Positions 34,016 through 43,088 of a stretch of 61,148 nucleotides of DNA are shown here, piece after piece. Numbering within the stretch: position 1 is the stretch's first letter; each line of letters begins with the position of its first letter. The translations under genes were made by a program, and so were the position numbers. The notes under the pieces are model-generated. The model worked only from the letters and a program-made list of their open reading frames with translations. It was not told the origin of the DNA and ran no database searches. Origin of the DNA: Minisyncoccota bacterium (GTDB taxonomy: Bacteria; Patescibacteriota; Minisyncoccia; Phycocordibacterales; UBA2100); the NCBI GenBank assembly GCA_035559235.1, contig DATMBM010000014.1:1-61148 (forward strand). Direction: 5' to 3'.

Positions 34016-35605
34016 ATGAGAGTAATGCCCGCTACTCCACAGGCTCTTCGGGCGCGAACTCAGTCGCTCCTGCGTGTACTCCTTTTGGGGGCGATAGTGA
34101 CGCTGGCAGCGCTCATCGCGGGCGGCGTCGTGTATATCCAGCGCAATCCTGCCCTTTCCACGTACGCCCTCATGGCGTTGGCACGGGAACCATTTCTCCG
34201 AATGGAGTTTGCCGGGATTGCCGAAGCCGCTCCCACGGGCAGAAACGCAGACTCAATCCCGGTCCTTACGTACCACCGTATCGTTTCCGACTCGAGCGAC
34301 GTGAATAATGTCTCGTATTCCAACTTCAAGGACCAGATGGCGACACTGAAGCGCGCCGGGTGGGAAACGGTGACGCTGGAAGAGTTCGAAGCATTTGTCC
34401 TCGGAGAAAAACAATTGCCGGAAAAGTCGTTTGTTCTCACCTTTGACGACGGAGCAAAAGAAAGCTTCTACCCCGTCGACCCGATCCTCAAAATCCTCGG
34501 ATATGAGGCTGTCAATTTCATCATCGTCGAGTCATCGCATATTCCGCACACGACCTACTACCTGACGCCGCGCGAGATCGAACGGATGCTTGAAACCGGC
34601 CGCTGGTCGATCGGCTCACATTCCTTTGACGGCCACCACCCGTATCCGACGGACGGGCACGGGGGAACCGGTATTTTCTTTGCCGATCGCATCTGGAAGG
34701 CTGACGAGGGCCGGCTCGAAACGCCTGAAGAATTCCGGGAGCGCGTTCGTGACGACCTCGTGCGCTCGAAAATGTCGCTCGAGGCCGCATATGATGTACC
34801 AATCAATAGTTTTGCCTTCCCGCTCGGGAACGAAACCGGCATCAACGGCGCCAACAATTTTCCGGAAGGCGCAATCGTGACCGAGGAAGAGGCCCGCGCA
34901 AACTATTCGTTCGGGCACTTGCAGCTCGCCAACCAGCACTTCACCACAAATTTCCCGCGCACGTCATCCAATCCCCCGCATGCGACGCCGGCTGAGGATT
35001 TCCGGGTCTGGCGCATCCATGTCGACTTCGACTGGGACGGAAAACGCGTGCTTCAGATCCTTGAAAATGGCCGCTCAAAAGAGCTGCCCTTTGAAGACGA
35101 TTTCTCGGAAAACCGCGGGTGGATTCCCGCGTGGGGCGAACTGGGAATGGGGCGCAATAATTTTGTGCTGCGCGCAACACCGGATACCAGCGCCGCATCG
35201 GCGTTTCTCGACGGGACCGCGATGTGGGACAACTACTCGTTTGACGCGGCCGTCAACTGGCAGCGCGGTCACGCGATCGTGCTTGCGGATGTCGTACACT
35301 CGAGCACCTATCACTCATGCGTCTTTTCACCCGGTAGCGTCCGCATACAGCGCACGATCGACGGAGTCACTGAGACGCTTGTGGAGCGCGCAGATCCACG
35401 GATCCAGTACGGCGAAGTGCGCGTCGGCGTCCGTGTGCGCGGATCGGTCATTGAATGTACGTGGAACTTCGCATCGATGGTCGAGAACTACTCCCGCGAT
35501 TTTACCGGGGGCGTCGGGTTGCAAACGTGGGACGAGGCGCTTGGCAACGCGGAATTGCGCGTTTCGTCTGTCATCGCGCGACCGTTTAACGGTATGGATG
35601 AATGA
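34016..35605 (+). CDS. polysaccharide deacetylase (CE4/NodB) with C-terminal ConA/LamG-like jelly-roll domain, N-terminal TM anchor
   Basis: Start at MRVMPAT, 3 nt after the synthase stop. IPVLTYHRI, FVLTFDDGAKE, GSHSFDGHH. C-terminal W...G.W...Y.F...GGVGLQTW pattern. Confidence 0.8.
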   Translation: MRVMPATPQALRARTQSLLRVLLLGAIVTLAALIAGGVVYIQRNPALSTYALMALAREPFLRMEFAGIAEAAPTGRNADSIPVLTYHRIVSDSSDVNNVSYSNFKDQMATLKRAGWETVTLEEFEAFVLGEKQLPEKSFVLTFDDGAKESFYPVDPILKILGYEAVNFIIVESSHIPHTTYYLTPREIERMLETGRWSIGSHSFDGHHPYPTDGHGGTGIFFADRIWKADEGRLETPEEFRERVRDDLVRSKMSLEAAYDVPINSFAFPLGNETGINGANNFPEGAIVTEEEARANYSFGHLQLANQHFTTNFPRTSSNPPHATPAEDFRVWRIHVDFDWDGKRVLQILENGRSKELPFEDDFSENRGWIPAWGELGMGRNNFVLRATPDTSAASAFLDGTAMWDNYSFDAAVNWQRGHAIVLADVVHSSTYHSCVFSPGSVRIQRTIDGVTETLVERADPRIQYGEVRVGVRVRGSVIECTWNFASMVENYSRDFTGGVGLQTWDEALGNAELRVSSVIARPFNGMDE

Positions 35606-35620
35606 CGTGCCGTGCGTTCC

Positions 35621-35628
35621 TTCATGAA
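35621..35628. promoter_or_regulatory. TTCATGAA palindrome, copy 4
   Basis: Exact 8-mer in the spacer before the first ConA-like gene. Confidence 0.3.
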
Positions 35629-35757
35629 AAAGTAGTTAAACCACAAAAAAATATTTGAACGTCAGATGAAGACCTCTACGATTGGTTATTGAGAAACGTG
35701 CGCACCGCTTGAGAATTCTCGTGCGTGCGATTCTCGATACCAGTTAACGATCATCAC

Positions 35758-36603
35758 ATGCATCCATACCGTATGCCGCGAAAGACGCGCTCTTTCGCCC
35801 TTACGACAGTTGTTCTTTCTGTGTTACTCATAGCGGCGCTCATGCCCTGGTCGACGCACGCGATCGCCGCGCTCAAGCTCTCGTCGCTTGATTATCAGTT
35901 CAAAGTCGACGGGACGCTCCGCGAAACCGGTTCGATGAACGAAAGCTCATCACCGTATTGGTGGCTCAATTCAGGCGGCGCACTCATCCTCGACAACGGG
36001 ATTGGTATGACGTACCAGGGCACGGTGCCGACAATCGATCGGTGGCGCGGCCTTTACGCGAACAACAACCCAACGGACACCGACAACGGCACGCATCCGC
36101 AAAACCTCTTCCGCCTGGTGTCGCGCTCGACATGGGAAAACGTCCGCGCCGAGGCGTCGTACAAGATCACGCGCGACAACTTCTCGTCCTCGCCGAATCG
36201 GAATGCCTCCAACGGGCTCCTGCTCATGTCACGGTACAAGGACGGAAACACGCTCTACTACGCCGGCGTGCGCGTGGATGGCACGGCCGTCATCAAGAAA
36301 AAGCACAACGGCACGTACACCACCCTCGCGCAAAAGAAACTCTATGCCGGTAGTTATTCGGACGGCGGCACGACGAACCTCTTACCCCACGGTTCATGGT
36401 TGAGCCTGCGATCAGAGACGGTGACCAACGGTGACGGCTCCGTCACAGTGCGCCTCTATGTGAAGAACCCTGGGGAATCGTCGTTCTCGAAGGTTCTTGA
36501 GGCACGCGACAGTTCGAACCCGATAACGGGAAGCGGACACATCGGCATCCGCACTGACTTCATGGACGTGCAGTTCGACAACGTCAAAGCGACGAAAATC
36601 TAA
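35758..36603 (+). CDS. secreted ConA-like/LamG-type jelly-roll protein, paralog 1
   Basis: Signal/TM then SSSPYWWLNSGG...HPQNLFRL...NGLLLMSRYKDGNTLYYAGVRVDG...GHIGIRTDFMDVQFDNVKATKI. Could start at GTG 35725. Confidence 0.6.
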   Translation: MHPYRMPRKTRSFALTTVVLSVLLIAALMPWSTHAIAALKLSSLDYQFKVDGTLRETGSMNESSSPYWWLNSGGALILDNGIGMTYQGTVPTIDRWRGLYANNNPTDTDNGTHPQNLFRLVSRSTWENVRAEASYKITRDNFSSSPNRNASNGLLLMSRYKDGNTLYYAGVRVDGTAVIKKKHNGTYTTLAQKKLYAGSYSDGGTTNLLPHGSWLSLRSETVTNGDGSVTVRLYVKNPGESSFSKVLEARDSSNPITGSGHIGIRTDFMDVQFDNVKATKI

Positions 36604-36612
36604 CGCAGCTTC

Positions 36613-37521
36613 ATGAGTTATTTAGGGGGCCGGCGGCATAGTGTACCTATGCAGCCGGTCCTCAAGCATCGTTGGGGCGCCATAGCGCGCGCCGTTTTTC
36701 TCGCCGTTGTAGCCATCACCGCATTCGGCCTCCTCGCTCGCACATTCATCGCGCCGCCGACGCAAGAACCGGTGCCCGAGACGGAAGTTCCTTCCCCGTT
36801 CCACTACGCATTCGACGTCGAAGGGATTTTACACGAGAGCGCATCAGCCGATGAAAGCTCTTCACCGTACTGGTGGCTTGATTCGGGCGGCGAAGTCATT
36901 CTTGAGGGCGGTCGCGGCAAGACTATGCAAGGCGCCGCACCTGAGATCATGTGGCGCACCCGCTATGCGCTTGCCAATGCGCTCGACACCGACGACGGGC
37001 GCTACCCACAAAACCTGTTCCGGCTCCTCACGCGTTCGCACTGGGAGAACGTGCGCGCAGAGATGTCGTTCCGCATCATCCGTGACAATTTCATCGATTC
37101 GCCAAACCGCAATGAATCCAACGGCCTCCTTCTCATGTCGCGCTACCGCGACGGCGACAACTTGTACTACGCGGGCATCCGCGTCGATGGACACGCGGTC
37201 ATCAAGAAAAAGTACGACGGAACCTATTACACAATGGCCGAGAAGCCAATTTTCCCCGGCGAATACGAAAGCGTAGACAAAAAGAACCTACTTCCTCACC
37301 GCGAATGGTTGCACCTGCGTATGGAAACGCGTTCCATCGGCAACGAAGTGCGGATTTCCCTCTCATACAAAAACGGTGACGGTGAATGGCAAGAGCTTCT
37401 GAGCGCGCGCGACAGTGGTGAATACGCCGGCACGCCGCCAATCCTCGGCTCGTACCCCCTGGGTATCAGGACAGATTTTATGGACGTCGAGTTCGACGAC
37501 TTCCGGGCGAAGAGGATATAA
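36613..37521 (+). CDS. secreted ConA-like/LamG-type jelly-roll protein, paralog 2
   Basis: Collinear with paralog 1 (SSSPYWWLDSGG...YPQNLFRL...NGLLLMSRYRDGDNLYYAGIRVDG...LGIRTDFMDVEFDDFRAKRI). Confidence 0.6.
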   Translation: MSYLGGRRHSVPMQPVLKHRWGAIARAVFLAVVAITAFGLLARTFIAPPTQEPVPETEVPSPFHYAFDVEGILHESASADESSSPYWWLDSGGEVILEGGRGKTMQGAAPEIMWRTRYALANALDTDDGRYPQNLFRLLTRSHWENVRAEMSFRIIRDNFIDSPNRNESNGLLLMSRYRDGDNLYYAGIRVDGHAVIKKKYDGTYYTMAEKPIFPGEYESVDKKNLLPHREWLHLRMETRSIGNEVRISLSYKNGDGEWQELLSARDSGEYAGTPPILGSYPLGIRTDFMDVEFDDFRAKRI

Positions 37522-37526
37522 AGCAG

Positions 37527-37557
37527 ATGTGGCCAAACAAAAAGCGTTTGGCCACAT
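37527..37557. terminator. bidirectional terminator between convergent genes
   Basis: Perfect 12-bp stem ATGTGGCCAAAC-AAAAAGC-GTTTGGCCACAT. Confidence 0.65.
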
Positions 37558-37561
37558 GCGC

Positions 37562-38320
37562 TCATTCTGAGATGTTTAGCATATACCCACGACCCCAGAC
37601 GGTATCAATTCGGACTCGTCTGAGTGGAGCTATTTTCTTCCGCACTTTACAAATGCACACGTCGATGATCTTTTGCGCAGGCTCAGTCTTTCCCGCGTAC
37701 AAGTGCTCTAGAATCATCTCGCGCGTCACAACCTGTTCAACGTGACGCACAAGTAGCTCCAAAATCTGGAACTCCTGTTTGGTAAGCGCCACTGAGATGC
37801 CGCCCGACGCGACCTGTGCTGATTCGATATTGAGCGTAATGTTGCGATATTCGATGACCTGACTTGCGGCTTCTGCCGCCTGTTCGGGTATGTCCGCAGT
37901 CTGCGGAGTCGTTTCAGGCTGCTCAGACACCTCCTCTGACCCTTGGGTTGCCTCGGTCTGTGTTTCGCTCATGCTGCGATACTCCTGAATGCGCGTCGCC
38001 CGGAGCGCGAGCACGCCGCCAGCCTTTAGCCGCGCTTCCCACTGCAGAAATTCCTCCGGTCGGATCGAATAGCGGGTCGAAATTTCATCGAGGGTGATCA
38101 ACCCGCCGCGCACGAGCGCAATCACAACAGTCTTCCAACGGTACACCCACCGACGCACGGGTGGCGTCGGCAAATCCTTCAAGGTCAGCAATTCTCCGTG
38201 CATACCTCTCACGGCGACAGGGAGTGTCTCACATACGCCATTATGTCGATTGATCGCGTCAATCCGCATATCCGGCAGAACGTGAACTGGCTTCCCGAAA
38301 TCCGGGTGTCGCGATGTCAT
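37562..38320 (-). CDS. receiver-less regulator: DUF1153-like HTH N-domain, acidic linker, OmpR-type winged-helix DNA-binding domain
   Basis: N-terminus LPTPPVRRWVYRWKTVVIALVRGGLITLDEISTRYSIRPEEFLQWE...LRATRIQEYR. C-terminus LTKQEFQILELLVRHVEQVVTRE...VWGRGYML. GGAAGGAG SD. Confidence 0.7.
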   Translation of the reverse strand: MTSRHPDFGKPVHVLPDMRIDAINRHNGVCETLPVAVRGMHGELLTLKDLPTPPVRRWVYRWKTVVIALVRGGLITLDEISTRYSIRPEEFLQWEARLKAGGVLALRATRIQEYRSMSETQTEATQGSEEVSEQPETTPQTADIPEQAAEAASQVIEYRNITLNIESAQVASGGISVALTKQEFQILELLVRHVEQVVTREMILEHLYAGKTEPAQKIIDVCICKVRKKIAPLRRVRIDTVWGRGYMLNISE

Positions 38321-38592
38321 GGTTCATCTCCTTCCGTCTCTGGCTCTCTGTCAAACCTGGCGATTTTTAACGACTAAAAACAGCGTGAAGTCATGCGGCA
38401 GCTTCGTCGCCGTCCGGCCGGGGTGATCTGGCGCCATGTCTCGCGTTCCTGCATGTTACGTCGGGCGCATGTGGGCCACAGGCTTTAAATACCTCACAAC
38501 CGCAAATTAAATACGTCAAGAAAGTTCGGAGGCTCTCATTTCGTCTTCATATGCGAGGGCGAGGGGTTTAGCTATAAGAAGCTCTCAAAATT

Positions 38593-39342
38593 ATGACACA
38601 GGCACATGGCAGTGATGCAATTCGTGCGCATTATTGGCTTAGCGTCGTTATCCTCATGGTAGCGTTTCTGCAACTCACAGGAATTGCGCATGCGGACAGC
38701 GATAAGAAAAGCGGCGTTTCCGCCGGAACGGGAGTCGAGGTGAACATCGGCTCGAACGGTAACGTCCTCGTGCGGGGAGCAAAGGTGACGAGCGTGTCGG
38801 ATTCGACGATCAACGCGAATACGTCCCTGGGTTCGTCCGTCCTTTCGTGGGTCGTAAAGACAGATTCAAACACGGACTTTTCAGCGCACAAGAACGGCGC
38901 CGAAGGTCTCGCGAATATCGCGGTCGGCGATATCGTCTCGTTCCGCGGCACGATTGACCAGGCGGTGACCGGTCTCACGGTCAACGCCCGCCAGGTAAAG
39001 GATTGGTCGTCCGTCGAGACCAAAGCAAAGCTTGAGGGCATCGTGACGTCCATCAACGCGACGCTCGGCTCGTTTACGGTCTCGAAGAGGAACGCGACAA
39101 CGACGGTGCAGACATCGTCTTCCACGAAATTCACCGAAGATGGTGATACGGCATCTTTCGCGGACATCTTCTTGAACGCGAAGGTGAAAATTCAAGGTTT
39201 CTTCAACGCGTCAACGTCCGTCTTCACCGCAAGCTCGGTAGAAATCGACGAAGATCACGACGACGGGTGGGATAAGGACGACCGAAAGCAGTGGCGCGAT
39301 TGGATCCGCTCCAAAGTCTGGCTGAAATTCTGGAACGATTAG
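38593..39342 (+). CDS. secreted DUF5666-repeat protein
   Basis: Signal peptide. Repeated beta-rich V.V.G..VTS....I.V modules. Asp/Trp-rich tail. Typical neighbour of ECF/DUF5667 pairs. Confidence 0.65.
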   Translation: MTQAHGSDAIRAHYWLSVVILMVAFLQLTGIAHADSDKKSGVSAGTGVEVNIGSNGNVLVRGAKVTSVSDSTINANTSLGSSVLSWVVKTDSNTDFSAHKNGAEGLANIAVGDIVSFRGTIDQAVTGLTVNARQVKDWSSVETKAKLEGIVTSINATLGSFTVSKRNATTTVQTSSSTKFTEDGDTASFADIFLNAKVKIQGFFNASTSVFTASSVEIDEDHDDGWDKDDRKQWRDWIRSKVWLKFWND

Positions 39343-39351
39343 GCATCAACA

Positions 39352-39387
39352 AAAAGCCGCCCATTTTCTAGAAAATGGGCGGCTTTT
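39352..39387. terminator. perfectly palindromic intrinsic terminator
   Basis: AAAAGCCGCCCATTTT-CTAG-AAAATGGGCGGCTTTT (16-bp arms). Confidence 0.75.
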
Positions 39388-39456
39388 CGAGTACAATACG
39401 GGGGCGATTTGAGCAATTCATCAAGGGTAAGGCATGGCCCGGCGAATCGTCTATGT

Positions 39457-40002
39457 ATGACAGACACCCGCGCGACACAAGAAGCGGCATTTCTCGAAGC
39501 ATTCAACATGTACTCTGATGCCCTATTCAGACATGCGGCGTTCCGGATCTCGAATCGGGAACGCGCGCTCGACCTCACCCAAGACGCCTACCTGAAGGCG
39601 TGGGATTACTTGCAGCAGGGCGGCGAAGTACGGGAATTCAAGAGCTTCTTGTACCGCATTCTCAACAACCTCATCATCGACGAGTACCGCAGAAGCAAAT
39701 CGTCGTCGTTGGATGAGATGCTTGAGAACGACACGGGTGCAATGGAGGTGCGGCTCTCCGAAGGCAGCGTGCGCGAAGCCGAAGAGACCATCGACGAATC
39801 GAAACTGATCGACACAATCCATTCGCGCATCCCGCTCCTTCCCGAAACCTACCGTGAAGTGATAACCTTGCGGTACGTGGACGGATTCAGCCCGAAAGAA
39901 ATCGCAGAAATGATCGGCGTCTCGGAAAACGTCGTCTCAGTACGGATACACCGCGGCACGCAAAAACTGCGTGCACTGTGCGCCGAAGAACACCATGACT
40001 AA
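39457..40002 (+). CDS. ECF-type RNA polymerase sigma-70 family factor
   Basis: Region 2 (DLTQDAYLKAWDYL...FKSFLYRILNNLIIDEYRR) and region 4 (VITLRYVDGFSPKEIAEMIGVSENVVSVRIHRGTQKLR). TTG 39409 is an alternative start. Confidence 0.85.
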   Translation: MTDTRATQEAAFLEAFNMYSDALFRHAAFRISNRERALDLTQDAYLKAWDYLQQGGEVREFKSFLYRILNNLIIDEYRRSKSSSLDEMLENDTGAMEVRLSEGSVREAEETIDESKLIDTIHSRIPLLPETYREVITLRYVDGFSPKEIAEMIGVSENVVSVRIHRGTQKLRALCAEEHHD

Positions 40003-41434
40003 TTTCGAAAAACATATCAAGAAGGCGGCCGAGGACTATTCCCTCTCGGATGCGGAAAAAGCGCGCATGGAACGCGTGCTCAAAAGCTACATGCGCTTTA
40101 AGCCGGTCCGCTCCGCACATGTCACGCACATTTCGACGTGGAGTTGGATCGCCTACCTGCATCGACCGATCGCAGCCGCCCTTATTTTCGTCCTCGTGAC
40201 ATCTGGCGGCATCACGTATGCCGCCGAAGGCGCGCTCCCCGGCGATGTGTTGTACGCGGTAAAAACGGTTGTGAACGAGCCCGTACGCGTTGCGCTTGCG
40301 GCCGACGTTGAAGCGAAGGCGGAAGTACAGATGGAAATCGCCGAGCGCCGTATCGAAGAAGCGACGACGCTTGCGGCTGAAGGCCGACTCGACGACACAA
40401 CGCAAGACGAACTCGCCGCCTCTTTTAAATCATATGCCGCCGCGGCAACTGAAAGTATTGCGAAAGCGAACACGGAAGAAGGCGCTGCGATCGAACTTGC
40501 CGCGCGATTTGAAACCCGTCTCGTCGCGCACGAAAGCGTCCTCGCGGAAGTCGAAATGGAATCAATGGAATCAGATGACGACGGGACGCTTCGCTCTCAC
40601 CGCCTGACTGAAGCCGTGCGCGAGACGAGCGAGCGCCTTTCCGAAGAGCGACACTCTCGCGCCATCGCGCTCAATATCAACGTCGCGGCGCCAATGGCCG
40701 CCACGGTTTCCGAAGATGTGATCGCCACAGATGCCGCGACAACCATGACGATGAGTCTTGTCGTCGACGATGCCGCAACCGCGACGGAAAGCGCAAGCGC
40801 AAAGCTCCAGGTCGCATCCGAAACTACACCCACGGAGCCGCCCGCGCCGACGTCTGCACCAAGCGAAAAAACAATTTCACGCATGAAGAGCGCGGCGGAA
40901 AAAAGTCTCACAAAAGCTGAAAAGACGCTCCGTGGCGCCCGCTCGCTCTCGGCCGAGGCGCGGGCGCGCGCTGAAGCCGATATCACGTATGCTGGTGAAC
41001 TGGTCGGCAGCGGTAAAGACTATCTCGGGGATGATCTCCGCGCCGAGGCGTTTGCCGCGTTTGAAGAATCGCTCCGTGTTTCCGAACAAGCAGTCGTGTA
41101 CATCAAGGCGGCGCCAAAACTTGAAAAGGCCCGGGCACGCAACGCCTCGCGCAATAGCGACGCAGGCTCCGGATCGTCCAAAGGTCCGACGATCGAAATC
41201 TCCCTTCCCGGAATTTCCGTGAATGCGACCGTGACGCCGACATCGACGGCGCAGCACGCCACGTCTTCCACCAGCACAGACGAGCGAAAAGATGATCGGG
41301 ACGAAGAAAATTCCGACGGAAACGATAAAGCGGACCACGATGATAAAGACGAAATACGCGATGAAAGCGACGGCCACGACGATTCCGGCGGATCAGGACT
41401 TAACATACTGCAGCGCTTGAACATCTCCCTCTAA
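39995..41434 (+). CDS. anti-sigma-like single-pass membrane protein with DUF5667-like helical ectodomain and acidic tail
   Basis: The ATG overlaps the sigma stop by 8 nt. Short cytoplasmic N-terminus, TM (IAAALIFVLVTSGGITYAA), Ala/Glu-rich helical repeats, C-terminal DERKDDRDEENSDGNDKADHDDKDE. Confidence 0.6.
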   Translation: MTNFEKHIKKAAEDYSLSDAEKARMERVLKSYMRFKPVRSAHVTHISTWSWIAYLHRPIAAALIFVLVTSGGITYAAEGALPGDVLYAVKTVVNEPVRVALAADVEAKAEVQMEIAERRIEEATTLAAEGRLDDTTQDELAASFKSYAAAATESIAKANTEEGAAIELAARFETRLVAHESVLAEVEMESMESDDDGTLRSHRLTEAVRETSERLSEERHSRAIALNINVAAPMAATVSEDVIATDAATTMTMSLVVDDAATATESASAKLQVASETTPTEPPAPTSAPSEKTISRMKSAAEKSLTKAEKTLRGARSLSAEARARAEADITYAGELVGSGKDYLGDDLRAEAFAAFEESLRVSEQAVVYIKAAPKLEKARARNASRNSDAGSGSSKGPTIEISLPGISVNATVTPTSTAQHATSSTSTDERKDDRDEENSDGNDKADHDDKDEIRDESDGHDDSGGSGLNILQRLNISL

Positions 41435-41445
41435 CGCCGGGCCTG

Positions 41446-41454
41446 TGCTAGGAT
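41446..41454 (+). promoter_or_regulatory. extended -10 (TGCTAGGAT) 6 nt upstream of ATG 41461
   Basis: TGC TAGGAT GCGGCG ATG. Confidence 0.5.
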
Positions 41455-41460
41455 GCGGCG

Positions 41461-42183
41461 ATGCCGAAACATTTCTTCTTCGATCTCGACAAGACTCTCA
41501 CGGTCAGTCGTTCGCCGATGGCACTTCCCCATCAGGAGATTTTCGACCATCTATGCAATACGAGGGACGTCGTTGTTGTCACCGGTGGCACCGTCGAACA
41601 GATCCGCGAACAGGTAACGCCGCGATTCGAAGGTAAATATTACGCGCTCGCGCAAAGCGGCAATCACGCAATCGATATAAGCGGAGCAGAACTGTGGCGC
41701 GAAGCCATCAATGAGGCGCAAAGCGACGCCGTACACGCGTTTATTGAAAAACTTAAACGGCATTTTGATCTTACGGTAAAAGACGAGAATGACCTCGTGG
41801 AACACCGCGGCGCGCAGATTAGCTATAGCGTCATCGGATTCCATGAGGACGTTGAAAAAAAATATGCGTTCGACCCCGACGAAAAGAAGCGCGCCGCGGC
41901 ACTTGCGATGCTTTCCGAAGACGTGAAGCGACTCAATGATGTCGGTATTGAAGTAACGCCCGCCGGCACCACGACATACAATTTCATACTGCTCGGCAAA
42001 CATAAGGGATACAACGTCAAACGCCTCGCCGACCTCAAGGAGTGGAACCAAGACGACTGCGTGTACGTCGGGGACGCGCTTTTTCCCGGCGGCAACGATG
42101 AGAGCGTCATCGGCGTGCTCCCAACAAAGGCCGTGACGAACCCGGAAGATACGTTTCAGTATCTGGCGGGTCTTTTGGTATAA
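41461..42183 (+). CDS. HAD-IIB family phosphatase/phosphomutase-like protein
   Basis: Motif I FFFDLDKTLT, VVVTGG, C-terminal GDALFPGGNDE. Confidence 0.75.
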   Translation: MPKHFFFDLDKTLTVSRSPMALPHQEIFDHLCNTRDVVVVTGGTVEQIREQVTPRFEGKYYALAQSGNHAIDISGAELWREAINEAQSDAVHAFIEKLKRHFDLTVKDENDLVEHRGAQISYSVIGFHEDVEKKYAFDPDEKKRAAALAMLSEDVKRLNDVGIEVTPAGTTTYNFILLGKHKGYNVKRLADLKEWNQDDCVYVGDALFPGGNDESVIGVLPTKAVTNPEDTFQYLAGLLV

Positions 42184-42192
42184 TGCGCTCCC

Positions 42193-42957
42193 ATGTCCGT
42201 CCCCGCGCTCGAAATCACAAATCTCAAAAAGCGATACGCCTCCGGCACCGAGGCGCTCAAAGGCGTCTCGTTGACCGTGCCGGCGGGAGACTTTTACGCG
42301 CTCCTTGGTCCGAATGGCGCGGGGAAAACGACGATCATTGGGATCTCGACCGGGCTCGTCAACAAGACCGAAGGCTCCGTAAAGGTATTCGGCTACGATA
42401 TCGACGATGACCCGGAAATGGCGAAGACGCAGATCGGACTCGTTGGACAAGAGATCAATTTCAATCCGTTCGAGAAGCCGATTGATATCGTCGCCAATCA
42501 GGGCGGCTACTACGGTATCCCGCGTTCAGAAACGATTCCGCGCGCAGAACAGCTGCTCAAGGACCTTGGGCTTGGCGAAAAGATGACAAACCGTGCAATG
42601 GAGCTCTCTGGCGGCATGAAGCGTCGTCTCATGATCGCGCGCGCCCTCATCCACAAGCCGCGCTTCCTCGTGCTCGATGAACCGACGGCCGGTGTCGATG
42701 TCGAACTACGACGCGGCATGTGGGACTACTTACGCAAGCTGACATCAGAGGGCCTCACAATTCTTCTCACGACGCACTATCTTGAAGAGGCCGAGCAGCT
42801 CGCGAAACACGTCGCGATCATCAACAATGGGCTCATTGTGGCGGAAGGCCCGATGGAAAAGATCCTCTCGATGCATGATGAAAGTGGACAAACAAAAGAA
42901 GGCTATCGTGGTGGCCGGCTTGAAGAGGTCTTTTTGAAACTCGTCAAAGAAAAATAA
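42193..42957 (+). CDS. ABC transporter ATP-binding protein (ABC-2 exporter type)
   Basis: Walker A GPNGAGKTT, signature LSGGMKRRL, Walker B FLVLDEPT. Confidence 0.9.
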   Translation: MSVPALEITNLKKRYASGTEALKGVSLTVPAGDFYALLGPNGAGKTTIIGISTGLVNKTEGSVKVFGYDIDDDPEMAKTQIGLVGQEINFNPFEKPIDIVANQGGYYGIPRSETIPRAEQLLKDLGLGEKMTNRAMELSGGMKRRLMIARALIHKPRFLVLDEPTAGVDVELRRGMWDYLRKLTSEGLTILLTTHYLEEAEQLAKHVAIINNGLIVAEGPMEKILSMHDESGQTKEGYRGGRLEEVFLKLVKEK

Positions 42958-43088
42958 TCTGCCATGGACACTTTCTTTATAAACATAAGCGAGCAAGGTG
43001 TGTGTTTTGAGAACCCTCGGAAGTCGCGGCTGGCGGCGGACGGAGGAAAATTTCAGCAGAAATTTTTCGTGGTTCGAAAAACACATAC

